Shown here: piece after piece, positions 52,661 through 64,000 of the stretch
How the letters are laid out: every line of letters begins with the position of its first letter
How positions within the stretch are numbered: the stretch's first letter is position 1
NCBI GenBank assembly: GCA_951406725.2
Contig: OX597831.1
Span: 51,088,001 to 51,152,000, forward strand
Reading direction: 5' to 3'
Length of the DNA: 64,000 nucleotides
Source: Octopus vulgaris
Lineage: Eukaryota
The notes under the pieces: model-generated
The model's database searches: none
Told to the model about the DNA's origin: nothing
Seen by the model: the letters and a program-made list of their open reading frames with translations, nothing else
Made by a program: the position numbers and the translations under genes

Positions 52661-54254
52661 TATTCTGTCTCTGTTTAGCCCCAGGTCAATTTTGATTAAG
52701 CAAACATATGATCAAAAGTATTCCAGCCATGACCATTTCTTTTTAGGGAAAATGAGAACTACATTTATCAAATGTGTTCTTCTTTACTTAAAAATATTGA
52801 GGTTTGCCTTGTTTAGAGATTTTGCTGCTATTTCTAACCATACAGAGGAGGTATGTGCAACATTTTTCACAAGGTGGCTTCATAAAACACAGCTCACCAT
52901 CAGGCAGGCCACACTACTAAAACCATTCAAGGTAATTTTTTTGTTAGGTATGTCACTCAGAAATTCCCATGGGCCACAATTTGCCCATGACTGATACAGA
53001 ACCTCTGTCACTGATTCATAACTAATATTCTAGCAAAGCATGAGTGTGACATCATCCAGCGATAGCACACCTATTTCTTGTATTGACACCACAATGGTCA
53101 TCTGATTGGATAAGATTTCTCGAAGTGTTATTCTTTGGCTTGATGTACTCACCCTCCTGATGTCAACACATTTCCAAGTAAGATTGTATATTCTACAACT
53201 TAGCATGTTGATCATCTGAAGGTAGATATTTTGCTTCTGGGAGACACAAACAATGTCACCATTGCACAAGCAATGTCAATGTGAAGGCAAACACATGCAT
53301 GAGCACATGTACATGTACAAATATATTCTCTCCTATACTCAAGACCCGTGCTTTGTGACATTTCTTCTGCTTCGTTACATTCTGAGCTCAAATTCCACTA
53401 AGGTCAACTTTGCTTCTCACTTTTTCGAGTTCAATAAAATAAATTCAAGGTGAGCACCACTTGGGTCAATGTAACTGCCGTGCACTCTCCCTTAAGATTG
53501 CTGGCCTTGTGTCAAAATTTGAAACCATTATTAATTTATAAGGTGAATCATTAGCACATTGGACAAAATACTAAGCAGTATTTCTTCTGGACCTTTACAT
53601 TCTGAGTTCAAAATTCCTCACCAAGCTCAACTTTGCCTTACATCCTTTCAGTATCAATAAAATCATTACCAGCTGCACACTGAGGTCAATTTCATCAACT
53701 TACTCTCTCCTTTAAAACTGCTGGCTTTGTGCCAAAATTTGACACTATTATAAATTCAGACAAAGATGGAATCCAAGGACTCCTGGCTGTTAAGTAACAT
53801 TTCAGTTGTTAGTTTCAACTCATACATTTTCCTTTTTATTTTTTTTTGCTTCCCCTTTGTTTTTTTGTTTTTATCATTTATTATTTTTTTTTTTTTACTG
53901 TCCTCAGGTTTCACACATTTCTCCAACAATTTCGGGGTAAAGGGTCTAAGTCAATGACATTAATCCCAGTGTTCAACTGGTACTTATTTTACCAACCCTG
54001 AAAGGATGAAAGTCATCCTCAGTGGTATTTGAACTCAAAATGTAAAGACAGACGAAATGCAGCCAAGCATTTTGCCTGGTATGCAAATGATTCTGCCAGC
54101 TCACTGCCTTAACAACAACAACAACAGCAACAGCAACAACAACAACAACAAGGTGGGAAGAAGAAGAAGAACAACAACAACAACGACGACGATGACAACA
54201 ACAACAACAACAGCAGCAGCAGCAGCAGCAGCAACAGCTACTACTGCTACTACT

Positions 54255-54460
54255 GGGGTTTTGCAAAACTCAGCTTTACTTGGAACTGAATCCATATTGC
54301 ATAAAGCATTGTCCATCTGAAGCCCTTGTTGTGACTTGACAGACAGTACAAATCTCCGGTACACACAATATCTTAAATCTACATACAACATCACAATATT
54401 GGGTACTGTGTGACGTCTTACATCATAATAATGATAACAATAATAATCATAATAATAATG
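54255..54460 (+). mobile_element. Extreme 3' end of an R4/Dong-like LINE
   Basis: LQNSALLGTESILHKALSI* (LQK.ALLGT..ILRK motif), then UTR and (AAT)n tail. Confidence 0.7.
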
Positions 54461-56538
54461 ATAAAACAGGACACTGAGGATGGTTAACAAGAGAGCAAGG
54501 TACTTTATGCTACTTTACTGCGATCTGAAAAATATCCATTAATATCAAGCAAATAACAATAAAGAAAAATTTTTTTTAAATAATGAAATTGCTAAAGGAT
54601 ACTTATGTGAGTACTACATTAAAATATTAGTGATGTTGTATTGCTTTTTGCCTAATATAAGTAATGGATTGTCAATGTTCAATCTAATGGTCAATTATCC
54701 AGCATGTGTAAGCACACTAATGGAACGCACAAGTCAAGCCACCACTAGACAAGTTCACCCACTTCCAAAAGTGAGAAGCAACACAAATGAAAACCATAAA
54801 ATTTTAGCCTGAGGCCGAAGGGGAATACATACTTTGAATCTGATGCATAACAAGTATGGAAAATGGAGTGTTACAAAATGGAAAATGACACATGGTCAGA
54901 AACCTAAAGACCGGTACTGAATCTAAATAAAGAGCCACATTTTATTTAGTGAATATTGCAAATAATACAAAAAAGATATAAATGGACACAAGAGAAATAT
55001 GTTTCTCTGATACATGAATATTTTACAGATAGACTTTATTCAAAAAGAAAGATGAGACTACAATAATATTTATATTAGAATACCTGGAAAGAAAAGACCT
55101 TGGTCTAAAAGTAGTTTTAGATGCCAAAAGTTAAGCTAAATTAAGAATCTACAATTTCAAAACCAAAAAAAAATATCAAACAGAAATAAAACACCTAAAA
55201 GAAAATAAACTGTGACAAAAACACAAAGCAAAAATAAAAAATGTAAACAGTGAAAATCAAAGCATTTAAGCTAAAAAAAAAAAAAAGGTGAAAATATGAG
55301 CCACAGAGAATGGGCTTTATAGGCACAAAACAAAATGAGTAAGAAAATTAAACCTTGGTACACTTACAAAATACTACTAACTCAGCAGTCTAACCAGAAC
55401 AATGGAAACATGAATAAATTAAAATACAAGAAAAGTTCAGGAATAGAAAATTCTAATGATGAAAATTATGAATAACAGTCTAAAGATAGACCAATAAAAG
55501 ACACAATCGATGAAGAATTTTAACTCTTTGTAACCATATCTCTAAAGATTTACAATGTTTTGATTACTTTTGAAAATAATCAAGAATTTAGAACGATTAA
55601 ATGAAACTGGCTTTTCATTAAGACAGTCTGGGTTTTGGAACATAATAAAAACAGTGCATAAAATTATTAAAGGTTTTAGTCTTTTAACGAGAGATTTTAT
55701 ATCATGTACCAGAGACTGTCTTAGGTTGGTATTGAAAGGGCTGATTAAATAGCTACAACTATAAAAAGAACTCATAAACCAGGCCATTGTAGACTTAATG
55801 GATACACTTGTGAATATCATCCAATGAAATAACAGCAATAAAAATACCACGACCCAGGCTTTCAAATTAAAAACACTCATGAATATCATACAATGGAAAT
55901 ATAGGTGTGTATATAAAACCCCAAGGAAGCAATGTGGAAAGCAGACATACACTAAAAGATATAAAATAAATGAAAATATCTCACAAACCTTAATTAAATT
56001 GTATGAATATCTCCTGATGAAGTACATTTCATATGCATATACTTAATCAACATGACTAGTAGAACATGCCTTGTTTTTAAAGAGCATTAGTGCAACATTC
56101 TAAAACTTGTCACATTGATTAAGTATATGTTTTATATTTGACTTGCTTCAATCATTGGAGTGCAGCCATATTGGAGCACTGCTTTGAAAGGTTTTAGTCC
56201 AACAAATCGATCCTTGTAATTATTTATTTTTTAGGTCTGGCACTTATTCTATAAGTCACTTTTTGTCAAATTGCTAAGTTATAGAGGTGTAAATAAACCA
56301 ACACTTGTTGTGAAGTGGTGATGGGGCATACATATACACACACATACACAAACACACAAATCAAATGTATATAAATATAGGGGCAGGCGTGGCTGTGTGG
56401 TAAGAAGCTTGCTTCCCAAACACATGGTTCCAGGTTCAGTCCCACTGCATAGCACCTTGGGCAAGTGTCTTCTACTATAACCTCGGGCCAACCAAAGCCT
56501 AGTGAGTGGATCTGGTAGATGGAAACTGAAAGAAACAC

Positions 56539-56579
<41 letters not shown>

Positions 56580-56583
<4 letters not shown>

Positions 56584-58790
56584 GAAAAATTATTGATATT
56601 ATAAGACGGATGAGGTGGAAAGCTTTTTTCTTCAACCAAGCTGCACCACACTCAGACAAACACCACTTTAACATCAGGTCTAGAAGGTTCCCACCCAAGA
56701 TCAAAGAACTCAAAGCTTTTGAAGTAGACCTGCTGGGCATTATACCAAACTTTAGGTTCCATAAATCATCATCCATCTTTCAACGTAGACTTTGATTCGA
56801 TATACACCTCCTTAAGAATACAGATACCCTACTATTTTCAGATAAGACAAATAACCTTTATAAGAGAGATAATGACCACTACAACAAGCTCTTAGAGAAC
56901 AAATCACACAAAAATATAGATGGGCTGCACCACATACCTATGATAACATCAATAATGAGGCAAAACAAATAGCTACCAACCTAGACATTGCAAACAGGAT
57001 AGAAATACCAGCTAAACATAATGTTTTTATAACTATCAAGGATCACAAACCAAACTTTGCTTCCAACCCTAAATGCTGCCTGATTAACCCTGCCAAGTCC
57101 AAAATCGGGCTGGTGAATAAATACATCCTTAGAAGGGTTAATAAAGACATAAGGAAGGCATCCAATTTCTCTTTATGGCATAACACAATCAAGGTGTCAC
57201 ATTGGTTTGAGACCAAACAAATCACTTTTAGAGCTAAGCACATACAATTCTATATAGTAGACTTTTATCCATCGATATCGAAAATGAAACTTGATAGGGC
57301 ATTAGTATATGCTAGACGAATTACCAACATAAGTGACAGAGAAATAGATATAATTATGCAAGCTAGGAAAGTGCTACTGTTCAAGCAGGATTCAACCTGG
57401 ATCACACAAACTGACCCTGAAGGCTCCTTCAACATCACAATGGGGGAAAATGACAGTGCTGATATATGCAACCTTATAGGGTTTTACATTTTGGATACCC
57501 TGGGTAATAAATTCCCCTCTGTCCACTTTGGCTTATATAGAGATGATGCCTTAGCCATCTCCAAAGGCACTAATGGCCATACTTGAGATGGACATAGAAA
57601 AGACAGCATGCACACTCTCAACAACCTTGGCCTTAAAATGACCATAGAGACTAACCTCACCATGGTGAACCTCTTGGATGTCTTGCTTGATTTAGAGAGT
57701 GGCACCTACAGACCATACCACAAACCGAATGATAGGCTATCATACATTAACACAGCCTCCTGCTACCCACCAATAGTGTTCAAAAACCTAATAAAAGGTA
57801 TCAGTAAATGGATTTCGATCTTATCTTCAAATAAAGCTATTTTCAACGCAGCGGCTCCTACTTACAATGAGGTGCTAGTGGGCAGTGGGTTCAAGGACCA
57901 TATAGTATATACACCAGGATCGAGCAACCATAAAAGGGAATGCCACTGCAAGACCTCATGGTTCGCTCCCCGCTTCTCCTTAAATGTTCAGATATGTGTA
58001 GGTAAGATTTTTCTTAGGTTGGTTGATAAGCATTTCATGTGATCACACAAATATTGAAAGATTTTTAGCAGACATAATTTAAGGATCTCTTTCAGTTGTG
58101 CACTAAATGTTAAGAAAAAGTTACTTAGCACTCCCAAACCACAGACAGAAGCAGGTTGTTCATGCAGGATTAGAAATGAAAGCCCAGTAGGCAGCCGATG
58201 TAACACTGGGGCTACAGTGTATCAAGCAAAGGTAGCCTCAAACATGAGGAGTACAAATATCAGTAACATCAATACCAACACAGGGATACACACTAAAATT
58301 TATGTTGGATCTTGTAAATCCATATTTAAAATTCACCTGAACAACTACAGATCTTCTTTCAGGGTCCTGGAGAGACGCAACACAATGACACTTGCAGCAT
58401 ATGTATGGCGCTTAAAGGATGATCACACTCTCCTTAACATCAGGTGGAAATTACAAGAAATGGAACAAGACTATGCAAATTGTGTATGGCAGAAAAATAT
58501 ATAATCCTCATGAATTCACATGAACCAGGAGGCTACCTGAATTCCAGGATGAAAGCCGTGGGGAGTTGTCCACATTTTCAGAAATTTTTACTTCAAAATT
58601 GGAAAACCTAGCTATCAAGCAAAGGAAGACAACTTGCCAGCCATAATTTTTGAAGAGGAATATTTCTTGAACTATCACCAGCATTCTTGTGTTTTTAAAA
58701 AACATTCTTTGCAGAGAACACTTATCATTTAGAAAAACTGAAGATATGTCTAGTTCACGCTAGATATGAAACCAATGTTTTTTTCTAATA
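56580..58790 (+). mobile_element. Near full-length decayed Penelope-like retroelement (RT plus C-terminal GIY-YIG), Naiad-type motifs
   Basis: RMRWKAFFF; ITIKDHKPNF..CLINPAKS; IVDFYPSI; FNITMG; GLYRDD; CSCRIRNES..C..VYQAKV; IYVGSC; LCKLCMAEK. Multiple stops and frameshifts. Confidence 0.92.
58729..58788 (+). ncRNA. Minimal hammerhead ribozyme at the 3' end of the Penelope-like element
   Basis: ttagaaaaa-CTGAAGA-t-atgtctag/ttcacg/ctagatat-GAAAC-caat-GTT-tttttctaa: 9-bp stem I and 8-bp stem II. Confidence 0.78.
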
Positions 58791-58810
58791 CTGTTACTTC
58801 ACACATACAA

Positions 58811-58876
<66 letters not shown>

Positions 58877-59276
58877 CAATATGTGTGTGTCTTTGTGTCA
58901 ATGTTTGTCCTGCTACCCCAGCTCAACAGCCAGTGCTAGCATGTTTATGTTACCATAACTTAGTGGTTTGGCAAAAGAGACCAATAGAATAAGTACCAAG
59001 CTTTAAAAAAAGAAAATAAGTCCTGGAGTCAATACATTCAGCTAAAAGTTCTTCAAGTACCCCAGCAGGCCAGCAGTCAAATAACTGAAACAAGTAAAAG
59101 ATAAAAGACACATAATGGGCTTCTCTCAGTTTCCACTACTAAATCCATTCAAAAGGCTTTGGTCAGCTCAGGGCTATAGTAACAGACATTTGCCTAAGAT
59201 GTCGTGCAGTGGGACTGAGCCCAGAACCATGTAAATGGGAAGCAAACTTCTTACCACAAAACCACACATATCATCA

Positions 59277-59346
<70 letters not shown>

Positions 59347-59965
59347 ATCACTCAGTTAACATGGCTTGCCTTAACAGAAATAACATTTCTCAATGCTGAA
59401 AAAGAAAATCTTTTACTATTTACGACATTATTCTGTCACTTAAGCTTGTGTCAGTCAACTACTTGTGGCAAACAGAAATCATATATTCCCCACTCCACAT
59501 TTTCTGTAGAATCAAACCATTTATTCTAAAATATTCTGTACTTTATCTTCTGCACTCCCCGAATGCATATTTCCAACAAAATCAATAACTAAAAGACACA
59601 AACTAAAATTACTGCAGAAAATATAAAATAAGAACCAACTAAAATCAAAGCACGCCTGAAACAAAGGATCCTTGCTAAATTTCAAAGTATCTGTTGGCAT
59701 CAAAAGTGACAAAAATTCTTTGAACAAAACAAACTGTTCAACTCTAATCCAAACACATTCTATTAAGAACTAAGAGAAAATAAAATATAAATCAATGAAA
59801 TACTAACTGCAAAAAGTAGAGGAGTACAAACTTGCGACTGCTATGCATGGGGATGTTTGAAATAACAAATCAGGGGATGGCATGTTTGAACAGACATGGG
59901 AGCTAATGTCAACTCAAGAAGTAATACTATAGAAAACAAGTAAATAGAAGATACCAAGGTACCAT

Positions 59966-60545
59966 TCATCATCATCATCATCATCATCATTTAGCATCTG
60001 TTTTCTATGCTGGCATGGGTTGGATGGTTTGATCAGAGCTGGTGGTTTCTACAGCTGGATGCCCTTCCTAACGCCAACCACTTTACACAGAGTGTGCTGC
60101 ATGCTTTCCATGTGGCATCAGCATGGGTGCTTTCTATGTGGAACTGGCACAGGTGCTTTTTACACAGTACTGGCATGAGTACTTTTCATGTAGCCTGACA
60201 CAGGTGTTTCTTGCATGGTGCCAGCGTGGATGCTTTCTAAGTGACACTGGTACAGATGCTTTTTATGCAGCACCAGCAAGAGTGCTTTTTTACATGGCAT
60301 TGGTATGGATAATTCTATGTGGCACTGACATGTGACTCTTGCAGGCCAAAACCCCTTCGGCTGGGAGGTGGACATAATCAATTTTTCTGTAGTGAAGGAG
60401 TCTTCTTCAGCACAGCAAGGTGCCAGATATCTCAGTCCTTTGTCATCTTCTTCATAAGGCTCAGTGTTCTGAGATCAGCCTTTGGCACTTCATCCCATGT
60501 CTTCCTGGGTCTCCCTCTTCTGCAAGCTCCATCCAATTTAAATGA
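59966..60545 (-). mobile_element. RTE-like LINE 3' end with expanded, decayed VNTR
   Basis: Reverse complement of the 36695-37155 architecture, with many ggtgcttt.tat.tggcac units. Confidence 0.78.
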
Positions 60546-60942
60546 TCAGCACTCAAGTACTCTAACAATTTTGTGAACCTCATTCATGATTTCTATTAGA
60601 AAATTAATGACAATTTTTCTTCTTTTTTTATTTTAGGTGGGGTAAAGTTGACTAAACTAACACTAGTATATGACTGGTATTTCAATTTATAAACACACAA
60701 AAATAGGCAAAATAATTAAACAACTGTAATTATCTTTTATCTTTTATTTGTTTCAGTCACTGACTGCAGCCATGCTGGAGCACATTCTTGAAGGGTTTGG
60801 TTGAACATATCAACCCTAGTACTTATTTTTTAAATCTGGTACTTATTCTATCAGTCTCTTTTACCAAACCACTAAGTTACGAGGACGTAAAGAAACCAGC
60901 ACTGGTTGTCACATGGTGGTGAGAGACAAACACAAATACATT

Positions 60943-60980
<38 letters not shown>

Positions 60981-61020
60981 AATACATATGTTGTTTTTTC
61001 TTGCTTGTTCATGTTTGGAT

Positions 61021-61052
<32 letters not shown>

Positions 61053-61332
61053 CCCATACAACAGGCTTCTTTCAGTTTCTACCTATAAAATCCACTACAA
61101 GGCTTTGGTTGGCCTAGAGCTATAGTAGAAGACACTTACCCAAGGTGCTCTACATTCGGACTGAACCCAGTACCACATAGTTGTCAAGCAAACTTGTGAC
61201 CACACAGCTATGCCTGTGACACCACACAACCATGCCTGTGCCACTACACCCACTACACAGCCATTCCTGCACCCAGATGCAACCACACCAGCACCTACAC
61301 ACAGCCACACCAGACAGGATTTACATCATTAA

Positions 61333-61985
61333 CCCTTTCATAACTAACCTTCCTGAGATTATGTCTGGTTCTATCATACAAATTTTGGCTCTTCACGTAA
61401 CTTAAATAATTACAACCATGCATCAAAATTTCATGTTAATTTATATTTTAGGCACCAGTTTAATAACTGATTAATGACAAAGTTATTTTACTAAAATCTA
61501 TACATATAAAGCTGAAGTTGTCTCTGTGTGTGTGTGTGGCAGGTTTGGTAGCCTTCAACTAACACTATCTCCTCCGAGACCCTGCAGAGCAAGTTGACCA
61601 AAATTGAGAGTATGATATAAGGCTTGCTCTTCATTCCGTAGAAGAAAAAATTCAAATCGGACCATGTTAAGACCAAAACTTATTTACATCAAAAAGGTGC
61701 TTTTTTTCTATGAAAATCCTTATTTTTTACGATTTTTTTTTACTGCTGTGTCGCCATTTTAGGGTGTATTTCAACCAGAAAAATGTTCACTTAAAGGGAA
61801 TAACAAGCTACATAATGCAAAATTTTTACTTTTCAAAAAAGATTGAAACTATGTAAAAACTTTGTTAATGCGACATCAAAGTCTGTCATTTTAAGCGCAA
61901 CTAAACAACAAACCTGAGCATCACCGAGTTATACTACTAGTTCTTTGTTATTTTCAAAATTAACAGAAATATGGTAATGAAAGGG
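61333..61985. mobile_element. piggyBac-type MITE interrupted by a Helitron
   Basis: TTAA|CCCTTTCAT...ATGAAAGGG|TTAA. Confidence 0.85.
61497..61940 (+). mobile_element. Non-autonomous Helitron (444 bp)
   Basis: A|TCTATACATATAA...degenerate subterminal hairpin...CTAG|T, with no TSD and a short (TG)n near the 5' end. Confidence 0.78.
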
Positions 61986-62288
61986 TTAAGACAAAGGTTC
62001 TTCTAATTTGAACTAGTGGCTATAATTAAGAAGCTTGTTTCCCAACCATGTGGCTTTGGGTGCAATCCTTCTGCATGGCAGCTTGGACATGCATCTTCTA
62101 CTATAGCCCCAGGATGACCAAAGTTTTGTGAGTGAATTTGGCAAACAGAAACTGAAAGAAGCTCATCATATATGTGTATGTGTACATGTGTTTTTGTGTC
62201 TGCTCCTGCCCTACAGCTGCCCGGTATTGGTTTGTTTGCATCCCAATAATCTATGAGTTCAGCAAAAGAAATCAATAGAATAAGTAAG

Positions 62289-62592
62289 GGTAAAGACCTC
62301 CTTCGGTCACGAATGATCATAGCATTGCTCCTAGAAAGTTAGCCTCTGAGGCACAAGACCAGGCAATGTTGTTTATGAAAAACCACTAGTCATCCATACA
62401 CACTGGACTTCCCTCTCCATGCCACCAATGTTATCCAAGGGAAAGGCAAAGGCTGGTGCAGCTTGGCACCAGTGATGCCACAAGTCATTTCTACAGCTGA
62501 GTGAACTTGAGCAACATGAAATAAAGTGTCTGGTCCGAGAATTGAAATCACTACTTCATGACTGTGAGCCCGACTCTCTAACTACTGAGCCA
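62289..62592 (-). mobile_element. SINE family E nested in a family A copy (62015-62700)
   Basis: Family A sequence breaks at agaataagta and resumes after 62592. Confidence 0.85.
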
Positions 62593-63294
62593 TCTAGGTT
62601 TAAAAAAAAGAAAAATAAGTACCAGAGTCAATTTTTTTCAAGGTGGCACCCAAGTATGGCCACAGTCCAATGAGTGAAACAAGTAAAAGATAAAAGATAG
62701 AAAGAAATATATAAATGTAAACGGACAGGATTTGAACTCATGGGGCATAAAGAGACATATTACTGAAGACTGCAAGATGTATAGAGTCTGCTACACTCAC
62801 ACTTCTACCATCCTAAGAATTTTCCTTTTCTTTGGAAGTGAGGTTGGGAGTAGGGACTTTCTTTTTATTTCTGTTCTTTAACATGGATAATGCATTGAAA
62901 TGAAAATATGAGAAAATTTCCCATTTTCAATAGTGACTGTGAAATTTAAAGAAAGAAACAAACAAAACAAATATAATATAATATAACCCCATTTCTGAAA
63001 AACTGCAGTAAAAGCCAATGATAGGTGAAAACATTAGGATACAACTAAGATATTAGCATTTGTATGGCATATATTGGGTGCAACATTGCAGAAAATGTCA
63101 GAAATAACATTTGTTTTGTTTAGTTGGGAGTTTTTTTTTATTCTTTTCATCCTGTTAAACATTAGTTACCAGCTTTTTTTTAATATTTTCTCTCCTTTTC
63201 CCTTTTCATGTTGTTGTGGCTGGTTATTGTCACATTTTCTTTTTCATTTTAAAGAAAATAGTTGGACAGAAAACAGAAAGAATATTTTTGAATA

Positions 63295-63331
<37 letters not shown>

Positions 63332-64000
63332 TAAATAAATAGCAAAGATCAGTGCAAGCTTATGTGCATGCCTGTGTGTGTGTGTGTGTGTGTTTGCTTG
63401 CTTGGTAAAATCCCAGCATTAATATATTTTAAAAAATGAGTTTAGAAGTCTATAAATACATCTACACAAATCAGCATTCGTGCACATACTTGAGATTTAT
63501 AATATTAAAATATTAGAATTACTGTTTAGGGGGAATTTATAAATATCATCTTTGCTGGCATATAAGATGCATACTAACATGCAATACATCCCTATTTTAC
63601 AAGTATAGTTTATGGAAAAAAAAAACAAATGCGGTGTGTTCCATCATCAAACATTTATTGAGAGATATTTTGAAGTGGTTTTGTAGAGGAGAATTATGAT
63701 TCTATACATTTAAATACAATGATGTAACAGTGTACTGTAAAAAGTATGAAACTATAAATTTACCATAAATAAAGAGCAATATGGGAGTAGCATATTTCAA
63801 CATTGTCTTCTGTCAGGCCAACTGCACACTTGTCAATATTTTGATCTAGAGAATTTCCATACAGAATGTAAAACTCAAAGACATAATGTTTCATGCAGTT
63901 TCAATTGATTCCCAGAGTAGTGCTTTGGTTTTGTTGCCATCCACTCACTACAAATAGCTGACAAGTGGATGAAACTTTGACATTCCTTTCATCTTTCTAA

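Noticed and set aside
53030-53269. Minus-strand ORF with TLREILSNQ..VSIQEIGVL, superficially PTB-like or endonuclease-like
   Set aside because: No suitable splice donor, and the equivalent PTB segment is already supplied by exon 45520-45579.
54110-54255. PolyQ/N/T coding repeat
   Set aside because: A compound trinucleotide microsatellite between a SINE and a LINE tail, with no exon context.
58150-58580. Selenocysteine recoding as reported for some Naiad elements
   Set aside because: The conserved cysteine positions read TGT/TGC (one AGC), not TGA; other stops look like ordinary decay.
59370-59395. Possible GC-donor microexon (A)LRNVISVK
   Set aside because: The acceptor is strong but the GCAAGC donor is non-canonical, and the segment is too short to support without transcript data.

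Overview
This is AT-rich animal genomic DNA made almost entirely of intron. The dense tRNA-derived SINE families and very abundant (TA)/(CA) microsatellites look like an octopus (coleoid cephalopod) genome; that is an inference from repeat content, not a database result. The only supportable host gene is on the minus strand. Four small GT-AG exons (45579-45520, 28365-28283, 26816-26750, 3609-3585) splice in frame across introns of 17.2, 1.5 and 23.1 kb. They encode the C-terminal part of a PTB/PID-like domain; none appears in the supplied ORF track, and the gene probably extends beyond both window edges. The introns hold decayed and nested mobile elements: R4/Dong-like, RTE and CR1 LINE fragments, two Penelope-like (Naiad-type) elements, mariner, DD37D/maT and hAT fossils, piggyBac-type MITEs, a non-autonomous Helitron, a solo-LTR-like element and many SINEs. 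Notable structures are two minimal hammerhead ribozymes, a near-perfect 189-bp inverted templated duplication that brackets the 25-nt microexon, further long inverted repeats, a SINE head-to-tail trimer and a 181-bp satellite with dimeric higher-order structure. I found no CRISPR array, rRNA or bona fide tRNA gene, and most listed ORFs are microsatellite or SINE artefacts. I could not demonstrate a wholly new biological system; the best leads concern intronic RNA structure around the small exons.
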